From NCBI GenBank assembly GCA_048128005.1, contig JBEUKZ010000130.1:1-64000 (forward strand): a stretch of 64,000 bases of DNA, written 5' to 3'. The notes under the pieces were generated by a model, which was not told the origin of the DNA, made no database searches, and worked only from the letters and a program-made list of their open reading frames with translations. Position 1 is the first letter of the stretch. The number at the start of each line of letters is the position of its first letter. Below, one piece after another: positions 37,784 through 48,114 of this stretch. A program made the position numbers and the translations under genes. This DNA comes from Veleropilina oligotropha (taxonomy: Eukaryota).

Positions 37784-38624
37784 GTATTGTTCTCTGATTG
37801 ATCATTTGCATATTTACTGACGCCATTTTATTTTTGTTGGCCAAACGGTGCTATGAAATTAACACCTATGAGGCAGTTCAATGTCTGTCCATTTCTTAAA
37901 TCTATTTTAAGATTTTGTACTTTTCATGTCAGACCTGAGTGTTGACAGCCAGATTACATTGAATTTAATAAAACAACTTTTATAATTTTGCACAAATCTT
38001 AAAAAAGATTGAGGTTCAATATTATTATGTTCTTTGCTGTAATCGAACATACGATGTTCAATACATTGAAAATTTTTGATTCCTTAACATTTATTTTTAA
38101 GTAACATGTCGAACATTTTTGCTTCCTTAAAATTTATTTTAAGTGACATGTCGTCCATGTTAGCGTTCGCAAGTTGGTCATGCGAATTACTTATTAATAT
38201 CGATTATTTATAATAATCTATTAATTCTTTGCTTTGATTTAAAGCTTTCACAACCTGTTAGGTTCCGTGTGCTTACAAATCCGACTGCATCCTCTGGCTA
38301 CCGGCCTATAGGCCCGGAGTTCCATTTGGCTGCCACTGGTCCATGACACGTAAGACCTACAGGGATTTATCCTTCCGGCCGTGCCTGGGGCTGATTGCAC
38401 TTCCGTTCACCTCGTCCGACTAATACCACGGCGTATTCTCCCGGTAACACTGGTCGAAATTCTCGCTTGGTAAGAGTAGAATATAATACTCAGTAAAATT
38501 CCACTCTAGGCGGACACAATCGACGCTTCATGCTGATTGAATTGGTGAAAAGTAAGTCATTATCTTGTTTGGGTTTGTTGTAAGGAACGTCTTACCCACC
38601 TATCCAAGGTTATTCTGGCAAGAT

Positions 38625-38705
38625 TAAGGACGTAAGTATGTTTGTAACTACATATGAGGTTTTAATTTAAACCTAATATTAGTATAAAACATACTTACGT
38701 CCTTA
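38625..38705 (+). other. DIRS internal complementary region (ICR)
   Basis: First half is the reverse complement of 31585-31615; second half is the reverse complement of 38957-39008. Confidence 0.95.
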
Positions 38706-38767
38706 CCACGATTACCCACCCTGCGTTTCGCATTCCTCCCCTCTACTACGTTCCTTTGTGGTTTTTG

Positions 38768-39008
38768 AACTTTGAATTGAGGTCTTGTGACTTCTATGGT
38801 TCAGAAGTCTCGCGAGACTTGGCGGGGTCTCGCGGGGGAACGTAGGAGAGGGGGAGCAGGGGAGGTAACCGTGGTACGTTTTTGACTTATTAATAGTGCA
38901 TAATGTGACTTATTCACTGTTTCCGGTTAGCAATAATATTACTATTATGGCAAGAGTAAGGACGTAAGTATGTTTTATACTAATATTAGGTTTAAATTAA
39001 AACCTCAT
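38768..39008 (+). repeat. DIRS copy 1 right inverted terminal repeat plus right extension
   Basis: 38768-38975 mirrors the left ITR; 38976-39008 is an extension matched only by the ICR. Confidence 0.95.
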
Positions 39009-40679
39009 TTTTGAATGATGGGACGATTTTGAAAATCAGGAAATCATCGCAGGCATATCGTAGAGGCATCTTACTCCATGAGAGATCGTAGGGTAGCTCG
39101 TAGGACATTTACATGACATCCTTATGATGTCGGGCAAAATGCAGACATAAGGTGACCATACGAGGAGCGTAAGGTGATCTTACGGGAATCGTAATGTCAC
39201 CTTACGATGTCAGCATGATTTGATCGCCCGAAAAATTGTGTTAGCCCGTACGGGCACCGTATCTAATGTGACCATCGCACAGATTTTTGCCGATGTCGGA
39301 GAAGCCGAGACACCGTACGATTATCCTCCATCGCACAGTGACCGGTGTATTTGTGACATAGGCATAACTTGGCAATTTGAATAATGATATTATAATGTTA
39401 CAAGTATTGACATATGACATTATTGATATACTTAATTAATAAATTGATTGTTGAGAATGGCCGGGTTAATGTAAGATGTTTATAAACTTCATCTCGTCTG
39501 ATGCTGCTCACAGGGTGCGTCGACTCGCTGCCTTAGGATAATGGTAAACATGTACACTTTGCATCATCAAGAGAGTAGTTGGTAATGAAAACAGAGCTAT
39601 ATCGTGATGTATCGGTATGCGAGGTGACACGATTGCTGGCTCTCAATTTATTTGCTTGACTGCTTTCTCTTACAAGAGTGTGTTAGAGTTCTCAGTTGTC
39701 CAAAACTGGTCTTGAGGTGGGCTTTCCTCCAGTGATAATATGGACGTGACCTTATATGAACCTGAAGATTGTTATAACGGAGCAAAAATCAAAACAAAAA
39801 TCATAGCTTTATCTGAAATAGGGTATCCTTTACAGTGCAGTTTTTGTTGACAAGTCAATATTATAGACAGGTTTTCAATTTAAAGCATTTGTGAACATAT
39901 AGGTTCGTGACGATGATAACGCCGTCATGTATTTATTATTTCTGTTATTAGTAGTGGGGTCAAACGTCGACAGGGGCAGCACACATTTGTTTTTAAGTTA
40001 AGAATTACAGTTGTCCGTAACTGGTCGGAGAGGGAGAGTTTCCCTGGGCGATGGCTTTCCTCCGCGATAATATGGACATGTCCTGCTTTGAAGCAAATGA
40101 TGGTTGTAAATATTCAGGATATTAAGCATCGATCCTTTCATTTTATTAATTCCGCCATGATTTAGATTACTATTGCTGCCCTTTCCCTGTGAAAATATAT
40201 AGTAATTAGTGACGACAGATGCGAGGTGGAGTCATTACTCTTGATGTGTGATCAATTATAGCAAAACGGGTTGTTATTGTATCGACTCGCCCCAAATTAT
40301 GTGCCCTCTATCTGTTATAAAATGGCCAATTTAAGTAAAAGTATTCATTTTTTAAAAACTTTAAAGACAACTCTTTATATAAACTACTATTAGTTTCTAG
40401 GAATATACATACAATATATATGTACATGTATATTGATAAATAAAGCCATTGACACGATGTTGCGATAACATTTTGATATTGGTGGAATAAATTTCAGATT
40501 AGGGTAGTTATGTAGCAATCTTGCCTATACTGAAGTTTTTGATGAACAGTTATCACAATTCTTTCTGGATCAACCACTGTTTCAAAGAAAGGATTATCTG
40601 TTAGAATGTGGTTATTTTCAAGATACATGATGTATCACCATTCTCAAATGTCAATGAGCCTTTTCTCTATGATATCTGG

Positions 40680-40935
40680 CCGCCCCGTAGTCGTGTGGTA
40701 TCGAGTGCCGAATCTGAAATCACTGGTTCGATTGCGCTAACTAACAGAACTTTGTTCGAATCTCAGCTAGCACATTAACATTCCTTGTTCATTTATCAAT
40801 CACAGATGTCTGTAACTGGCCTGAGAGGGCGGCTTTCCCCGGGCTTTCCACGCACACACGATAATATGGACATGCCCAACCTTGAATCTGATAGTTGTAA
40901 ATATCCAGGACATTTGGCATCAGTCCATCCATCTG
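40680..40935 (+). mobile_element. tRNA-derived SINE (best copy; fragments also at ~4105-4260, ~31275-31350, ~40005-40140)
   Basis: A-box-like TAGTCGTGTGG and B-box-like GTTCGAATC followed by a body shared among dispersed copies and a CATCCATC tail. Confidence 0.7.
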
Positions 40936-42140
40936 TGATATCTGAACAAACAGATCAAATGAATTAGAGAGTTGTCTGTCACAGTATTTGTAACATGACA
41001 CGTGGTAACGCGCCACAATGCACTTCTTGTCAAAATCTCCTATTAATTAATACATATATCGGATGTCGACAAATTGCAAATATTTGATAAATAAAATGTC
41101 AATGACATATAATATAAATTTACTGTTACAGTAGAGTTATAGGCCCACATATAAATTGTAGCTCCCTGGCATTACGGGAGATCGGACAGGAAGAAATGGG
41201 TTCAAACATAATATAGCAATTTTTTATTTAAAGTAAATATACATCATTTCAACTCTTTTTATACTGAAATAATCATAATTTTTAAGGAATAAATGGTCTT
41301 GGTAACGACATACATATACATTTTAACTCCCATGCACTTGTTAATGTGACCAAGCATCATAAACTTCTGATATACAGCTAAACAGCGTCTATGGTAACAT
41401 GCTGTTTCAGGACCGGACTGAATGGAAATGCTTCATTCTGATTGGTCAATTTGACAAGAAAAATAACTGATTTAAAATGCTTTTAATTTTTTAGTGACCA
41501 TATATTTTAGGGAGAACATTGACTTTATGAGTTCACAACTACCTAATCTTAATTTACATTCAGATATATCCCCTTCACCCTTTACACTGCAGCACCTTGT
41601 CACAATAACCCAGCTCGGTCCAAGGCATAATATGTTTTTGTTCACACCAAAACAACTCCTCTAGTTGAATTTTGTTGCTAGATGGTGTGCGTGTGGATAG
41701 GGCCACATGCTGAAGAAAATTTTAGTATTTAAAACGAACAACTACTCCTGCATTCTGATGTTGCATATGCGATGTTTTTAGATTACTATCAACGATGTGC
41801 GTGGGGTTGGGGCCCCACGCTCAAGAAAAATTGAGTATTTAAAACTGTGGAACAGCTTCTCCTGCATTCTGATGTTGCAAATGCGATATTTTCATATTAC
41901 TGTACTATCAACGGAGTGCTTGGGGTCTCATCCCCAGGCTCAAGAAAATATTGGTATTTAAAACTGTGAAAAAGCCTCTCCTACATTCTTAGGATGTAAA
42001 TGATTTGTTTTAATTCACTACCTGTGTGCCCATGCGCAAGAAAATTTTAATATTGAAAACTATGAAACAGCTTTTCTTGCGTTTTGAATCTGTAAATGCG
42101 ATGTTTTTAGTCAGTCGTAAATATATTCACCATTTTCAAT

Positions 42141-42338
42141 CCCCACCCGCCCTGTAAACCCCACCCGCCCTGTAAACCCCACCCGCCCTGTAAACCCCAC
42201 CCACCCTGTAAACCCCACCCGCCCTGTAAACCCCACCCGCCCTGTAAACCCCACCCGCCCTGTAAACCCCACCCGCCCTGTAAACCCCACCTGCCCTGTA
42301 AACCCCACCCGCCCTGTAAACCCCACCCGCCCTGTAAA
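42141..42338. repeat. 18-bp minisatellite, 11 units
   Basis: (CCCCACCCGCCCTGTAAA)11 with two single-base variants. Confidence 0.95.
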
Positions 42339-42653
42339 CGCTGATGTATGCTTGCAAAGAATATGTACATATCCTGTTATGACCCTAGATGTCACAGGGA
42401 TGTGTATGCCTACTAGTTTTTCCTTTAGGAGGGAGGGGGGCTCAATATTACCTTGCTATCAACGATGCGCCCCACAAAGAAAATTTTAGTATTTAAAGTT
42501 AATCAGCACTCAAAAATACATATTCAATTGATAACTGTAAAGGAGCCAATGTAAAAAATATTGACTGACTGTAAGGGCAATCCAGTGGCAAGGGGGGGGG
42601 GGGGGGGGTTCGACTGTGTTGCAAATAAAGCACAGGGGGTCAGACGTCATCTA

Positions 42654-43150
42654 GTTATTATGCCCCGGGACGATAGTCCGGAGGCGCATATTGCTTTCAC
42701 TCGCTGTACGTACGTACGTATGTCTGCAGTTTTGGTTAAAGTTTTTTATTGATCATATATGGCTTGCTTAAGGGACTTTTTGGCATATATAACCTTTTGT
42801 ATTGATTATATGGACGTTACCTGATACTCTGGCAGTGATATTGAATAAAATTTAATTTAATTATTGCAAATAAATTGGTGTTTTTGAACATAGAAATTCT
42901 GGTAAAATTTCCGGTTAAAGTTTTTCATTGAGTGTATATGACTTGCTCAAGGGATTTTTGGCATATATATGATATGATATTGATTATATGGATGTTACCT
43001 GATACTCTGGCAGTGATATTGAATAAAAAATTTATGCAAATAAATTGGTGTTTTTGAACATAGAAATTCTTATTAGTATTTTCGGGTAAAGTTTTTCATT
43101 GAGTTTATATGGCTTGCTGAAGGGACTTTTTGGCGTATATATGCTTTGGT
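42654..43150. mobile_element. HINE-like element with ~175-bp tandem units, interrupted by DIRS copy 2
   Basis: TTATGCCCCGG...CCGGAGGCGCATA stem-loop; (TACG)n microsatellite; GGTTAAAGTTTT-like unit at ~42734, 42913, 43085; third unit is cut at ~43151. Confidence 0.6.
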
Positions 43151-44162
43151 ATCTATATCAAATATACTTACGTCCTTACTAATGCCATAATAAGCCTATT
43201 ATCGCTAAATCCGGACAATGTGGAAATGGTAATTTCGCACTTTTTAGTAAATTGAACCCAGCTGACCCAGTGACCTGCTCGACCTCCTCCAGTTCATGTC
43301 TATTAAGAGCTCGCCAACTCCCGCGAGATCCTCGTGACCCAAGGGTCAAGACCTCATCCGAAGTTTTCCGCTCGATTGTACAAGTCGCGTTTTGCTTTGC
43401 TCCACAATCTTTGTGATTTTTCGATCTTTTTCGAGCCCGATTTTAAAAATCTTTAAGCTCATAAGATCTAATATAGTGTTGTGAACACGTTTAGTGGAAA
43501 GACTGAGAGTCTCCTCCTGAATAAGACGCCTTCTTAGAAGTTTTTCCTGTCTACAAAAGGACAGAAAACGAAATCGACATCCTCCATTGACGACGCCATC
43601 TTGGACTTCTGAAACAGAAAGAAAAGAGGACGCTCAGAGGGATATTTAAAGAAGGAAGCTCCCTAGCAATTACTACGGAGTCAGGGAGAGTTTGATTATT
43701 GATATTGCTTGAATTGCATTGCATTTCATTTATATATACGATAATTCCTCAACGACTTTTTTCTTGCTATAAATGTATGTAATCAAATTTATCGTCGTTG
43801 AACAGCAGATTATTTAGAATTTAACTAGCGTTATTTTGGTAAATCTGCTAAATCGGGGATAGCACGACGAATTCTAACAAATTGATATATATACATCCAA
43901 GAGGTTTTAGGTGTAAAAGGGCGGTTTCTTGAATAGAAAGCCCCCCGTTTCTCAATTCGTTGACCGACTGGTTTTTAAAAAGAAAAAATATAAAGTCGGT
44001 GTTTTTGGGCGTATAATCCGCCGGAAGTTCTAAGCGTATTTCAGCCTTTTCCAACTCTCGGATCAGGTACAATCGAGGTTGTAGTAGTCATTTGGTAAAC
44101 TACCCGGGAAATATCCTTATCACTTCAAAAACCCTATCTCCTACCTACCCGTGTGTGTAGCT

Positions 44163-44943
44163 ATGAAGCATTGCAGTGTTTCCAGAGTGCAGACAGAAAA
44201 TCCGTGGTTTTGACAGGCACTCCGAATGCATTTTTCACCGTGTGGGTTCTAGCAATAAGGACCATCCATGTGGGCATTGCGCTACACTGACGAGTCGGCA
44301 GTGGGGGACTCTTTTCCCTTCGGAGAAGACAACCAGGGTATCTTCTTCCGAGGGGGCATCCACCGAGAAGCTCCAGAGGCTAGAGACAGGTTATAATCCT
44401 TCACTTTCTCTTTCAGACCCTCTCGACGATAGCCGTGGTGGGCTCGACGACACCTCCGAGACTTTGGGGAAAGTCCCGGAATCGTCGGGATCTCAGATTC
44501 AGGTAAGGGCCCGAGCGCCGACCGATACCTCTCCTTTGGGCCTAGTAACCGCTGCTCAAAGTATCTTGCCGGCCAGTGAGATACATCGAGCGCCGCGGCG
44601 AAAAGCTGTACAGGGCAGACAAAACCTTTCCTCTCCTCCGGCCTCGGAGGAGCAAGGCAGCGTTAGTCCTTCTGTGAGTCAAGTAACCTCGGAAACGAGG
44701 CGAAGGAGACTAGCAGAGAAAGTCGATACAGTTGCTGGGCACCACGAAAGTGGTCGAAGTCCCAGACGCTCGACGCAACCCGTCCTCTCGTCCGACAATG
44801 GCGCTAGCTTAAAGGCTAAATCCGCCACCGTCGGGGCCCACGAGAGTGATGGAAGGCCAACCTCCTCTGACGGTTCTTTTCAAGACGTCCCGGGTGGTGT
44901 GGTAGGACCGGCTGCGTTCGGGGCTGAGGCCTACGGCGGGTAT
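44163..44943 (+). pseudogene. DIRS copy 2 gag, 5' part
   Basis: CRQKIRGFDRHSECIFH aligns with copy 1; ATG 44163 is out of frame by one extra base near 44180; cut at ...PAAFGAEAYGGY by the insertion. Confidence 0.85.
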
Positions 44944-45120
44944 AGCAGCAGGGGGGGTGAGTGTACTCTAATAGGGGCAGTTTTTCAGGCATAAAACCAG
45001 CAGCAGCAGGGGGGGTGACCATACCTTTTATGTGGGGGCGCGGCGAGGGAAATTAAGGCTCCCAGCCCTATTCCAGAACTCAGGGTGTAAGCTTGTTACA
45101 AAAAGTTACCGTGTGTACAG
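44944..45120 (+). repeat. Left terminal inverted repeat
   Basis: Exact reverse complement of the right end to 45066 (apart from one AGC triplet), imperfect to 45120. Confidence 0.95.
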
Positions 45121-45879
45121 AGCGTAACGTTGTAGCTGTAGTGGAGGCGCCGATATAGTCTATGTGTCAATGGTGTATTCATAGCCCGTGGCTGACCTAG
45201 TGTCCTCATTCTCGAGAATCTTTATTGTCACGTGTAGACTTTATATTGCTGACTCATTGTTACCATGTAGAATTTCCATTTAGAGACTGAACTGTCCAGA
45301 TGTAAACATCTGGACCAAAACTTTGTAACTAGAGCGATGACCCGTTTCTGGACAAAATAATTTTAAATGGAGCAGATACTGTTCACTGGGTCAAACCTTT
45401 TTTTACTGGGTCACCAAAAGCTATCGACAGCTTGCAATTTCTGTACTACGTTTGACAAAATCTGTTTTTAGCTGGGTTAACCAGCCAGACAGATAAGCGG
45501 CTTGTGAGCTCGGGGAAACAATACGCGGCCGAGGTATTTTAAATACCCGGATTTGGCATGTCTTGATAATAGAAGAATATCTATTCATACCCGCTGAGAA
45601 ACTCATTAGGCTATTAGGCGTCTATTGTTTCTTGTTTTCAATTCATTGCTGGCAGGGGGAATCCCCGAGATCGCGAAGCGAAACGCTATGAATAGGTTGT
45701 ACTGGATAGACAGCCGGCAGGCTGTATTAATACTACACGTGACCAGGTTCGACTAGTAACTTATTGATGCGAGGTATTTCATTCATAAATCGGACAGAGG
45801 TCGCTCTCGTCGACCTGAAAAATGTTTATATAACCAGCTGTGACATATTGTAAGGCAAGAGATTTCCTAATCAGCTGGT

Positions 45880-46293
45880 TTATATGAATATATAGTTGCC
45901 CGATATTAAAGTACAATTACAGGGTGAGATGTGTCCGACTTTTCTCCACATACCGAAGCAGCCCGTAGATAACATGGAGAAATAATGCCCACGTTTACCG
46001 TGACATAAGGACGGCTCAGCGCACTCAATACACACAACGATATTAGGATCTGGGCCACAATCGTTCTCTCCATCGGTAATGAAATAGTGACATGACGGTG
46101 CCCGCACTGGAGGTGGGTCTCGTAGCAAGTTTCTTCGCAAGTGATCGAATCGGGGGTTATACAGGGGGTCGTTGCGGTACCTAGCCCACGTGTGTTCGAG
46201 AATTAATGCAGTGTCACGCGACGACGCCTGGGTGGTACCCCCTAGCCAGCACACCGCGACAATGCACAGTAGCATAGATTTCATGGATTTCAT
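45880..46293 (-). CDS. Small putatively secreted cysteine-rich protein
   Basis: Signal-peptide-like MKSMLLCIVAVCWLGGTTQA; eight Cys in the C-terminal half. Confidence 0.5.
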   Translation of the reverse strand: MKSMKSMLLCIVAVCWLGGTTQASSRDTALILEHTWARYRNDPLYNPRFDHLRRNLLRDPPPVRAPSCHYFITDGENDCGPDPNIVVCIECAEPSLCHGKRGHYFSMLSTGCFGMWRKVGHISPCNCTLISGNYIFI

Positions 46294-46375
46294 GGTTGTC
46301 CAGATATCACTGTCGATTTCTAGCTTTAATACGGGGGAGGAGCGGGGTAGTCGTGGCTACGCTCAACCTGGATAG

Positions 46376-47011
46376 TTAGTCGCCAGCTCCGATTTTTTTC
46401 AGCAGCTCTGCGCGACCCTCTAAACGACCTCGCTCAATAAGCTCGCTTTGGGTCTGTGAAATCGCGGTGTGCGCCTTCCTACTCTTATCCCGGATTGATG
46501 CCTTCATGGCTTGGTATTTCTCCATCTCCCCTGTGACCAGTTGGAATTCATCATCAGACATCACCCCGTCCGATAATGCCTTTGAGACGTGGTCGGTTAT
46601 GGTATTCAGCTTGCTGTCGGCCAGGACTCGAATCTCGTCGTGTTTCTTAGCCTTCACCCCGAGGCGCCGGCTGATATATTTCCCACCCATACTGGCGAGC
46701 CCACACCCTAATACCGCTAATTCCAGCACTAGGACGACCGGGGCGGCTACAATTGTGGACAGTAGACCAATTCCAGCGCTACCCATACCAAGTGTGGCGA
46801 CGACTAGTCCGTTATCTATACCGTCAACGACGTTAACACCTCGTCGGTACTTTTTATATAGTGCAGCCCGGGCATCCCGTTCTCGCTCTAGCTGTCCCTG
46901 AAGCTCATTCACTTTCTGTAGTCGGAAAGACTGTGCCTCATGCAGTTCCGAAGGCACATCGCCACCAAGCTGTGGGTACAGCGTTGGCGCTGAGGGTTTG
47001 TTGTCCATCAT
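46376..47011 (-). CDS. Coiled-coil/hydrophobic-hairpin protein with PSAP and LYPxL motifs
   Basis: Probable start MMDNKPSAPTLYPQL at 47011 (ATGA overlap with the upstream stop); Gly-rich double hydrophobic segment. Confidence 0.75.
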   Translation of the reverse strand: MMDNKPSAPTLYPQLGGDVPSELHEAQSFRLQKVNELQGQLERERDARAALYKKYRRGVNVVDGIDNGLVVATLGMGSAGIGLLSTIVAAPVVLVLELAVLGCGLASMGGKYISRRLGVKAKKHDEIRVLADSKLNTITDHVSKALSDGVMSDDEFQLVTGEMEKYQAMKASIRDKSRKAHTAISQTQSELIERGRLEGRAELLKKIGAGD

Positions 47012-47370
47012 ACGTGGCTGTATTGTTCCGCCTGTTTGTTTAAAATGTCTACTGTAACGTTCAAATACAGAGTGCCGACCCACGGGGCCTTGATGACAAA
47101 GGCGAGGGTTAACTTATCCGAATCCAGGCTGAGTTTACTTATGGAACATGCCTTGGGGCCCCCGGCCGGCTGGACCGGCGTCAGGTGGATCATTAGAAGG
47201 GCTGGGTTCAACCCGAACCGACCTCTAGTGTTTGGAAACATGAACTCCCTCCTCGCCAGCCCCTTATTGGGCGCTGCCCCACAATTAAGGACAAAGTGCC
47301 ACCGGGTCGGGGGGGAAGAGGGCTCATCTGCAAGCAGGGGTAGGGGGAGGGTCCCGTAGATGCTGCTCAT
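47008..47370 (-). CDS. Hypothetical 120-aa protein
   Basis: Exactly fills the gap between its neighbours, with ATGA overlaps at both ends. Confidence 0.6.
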   Translation of the reverse strand: MSSIYGTLPLPLLADEPSSPPTRWHFVLNCGAAPNKGLARREFMFPNTRGRFGLNPALLMIHLTPVQPAGGPKACSISKLSLDSDKLTLAFVIKAPWVGTLYLNVTVDILNKQAEQYSHV

Positions 47371-48107
47371 TGTATCGCAAGGACTGCGGTAATGGGCATG
47401 CCGTGATTGTCGATCGGGTTACTGTCTGCGTCTGTGACGTACACCTTCAACTCTGTGATTAGCCCGGCCTGTAGTCGCCGGCCGGCGGGATAGCTATGAT
47501 AGTGGCCAGCTTCACCGAACATCTGCGACGTGATAGGGACCACCGCGAGAATAGTGCTCGGGGCGCCGTCCTTCACATTGTGCGTTGTACTAAGCTGCTC
47601 CAGGTGGACGTGCAGGGTTGGCGCTATGGCAAACCCGACAGGCTTATTCCCGTCATAAGTCCCAGGGCGTAGCCACTCGGATCTCTCCGGAGGGGGAGGT
47701 GGTTGGCCCTGTACTCCCCGAACCGGTTGGTTCAGATTCCCTGCTTTATCGAGAATAAACGAAGAGAGGTCTAAGCCGAGGAGTTTTCGTATATCGTCGC
47801 TTATCGCGAGTCGAGTCCCCTCTGGGACCACGATTCGGGCGAGCCCTGTAGCATGGCTTACATCTAGTTGTAGGTTAACTAGCGACCTCTTCATCGTCTT
47901 GGCGAGGTCATCGAAGCTGTAGAAACCTGGTGCCACGTCGACCGTGGTATCCGGTGTCTTAAAGAAGGCTCCGGCATGCACGTTGTGCCAGCCTACCCAA
48001 TAGTCGAGCGACTGCAAGCTGACACATAGCTTGCCGTCCCGGTTATCAATCGGCTCCAGGAGGGCAACCGCGGTCCCCTCTTGAACGTTTGTTAATGTGT
48101 GAAACAT
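47367..48107 (-). CDS. Putative minor capsid protein (penton, single jelly roll)
   Basis: 246 aa; PGFYS, STILAVVP and C-terminal ITELKVYVTDADSNPIDNHGMPITAVLAI resemble Polinton/virophage pentons. Confidence 0.7.
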   Translation of the reverse strand: MFHTLTNVQEGTAVALLEPIDNRDGKLCVSLQSLDYWVGWHNVHAGAFFKTPDTTVDVAPGFYSFDDLAKTMKRSLVNLQLDVSHATGLARIVVPEGTRLAISDDIRKLLGLDLSSFILDKAGNLNQPVRGVQGQPPPPPERSEWLRPGTYDGNKPVGFAIAPTLHVHLEQLSTTHNVKDGAPSTILAVVPITSQMFGEAGHYHSYPAGRRLQAGLITELKVYVTDADSNPIDNHGMPITAVLAIQ

Positions 48108-48114
48108 AGTAGCT

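Larger units (their letters stand above)
31585..39008 (+). mobile_element. Full-length DIRS1-type tyrosine-recombinase retrotransposon (copy 1)
   Basis: 208-bp inverted terminal repeats, internal complementary region, gag, RT-RNaseH-methyltransferase-like and YR coding regions; no TSD; AT core at both junctions. Confidence 0.95.
31421..39366. mobile_element. ~520-bp MITE split by the DIRS insertion
   Basis: TATGCCTATGTCACAAATACA at 31421 and TGTATTTGTGACATAGGCATA ending at 39366; similar CGTAGGA/TACGATGT sub-repeats on both sides of the DIRS. Confidence 0.7.

Noticed and set aside
38280..38470. Possible ribozyme in the GC-rich DIRS 3' region
   Set aside because: I could not find a hammerhead CUGANGA/GAAA core or an HDV-like fold by eye; a covariance-model search is needed
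42107..42395. GGWGLQ/GRVGFT repeat proteins
   Set aside because: Translations of the 18-bp minisatellite in three frames
44816..45022. 68-aa ORF sharing its N-terminus with ORF 60262+
   Set aside because: The identity simply reflects the TIR; it reads into antisense gag
47036..47359. 107-aa plus-strand ORF
   Set aside because: The opposite-strand 120-aa ORF fits the ATGA overlaps and the orientation of its neighbours better
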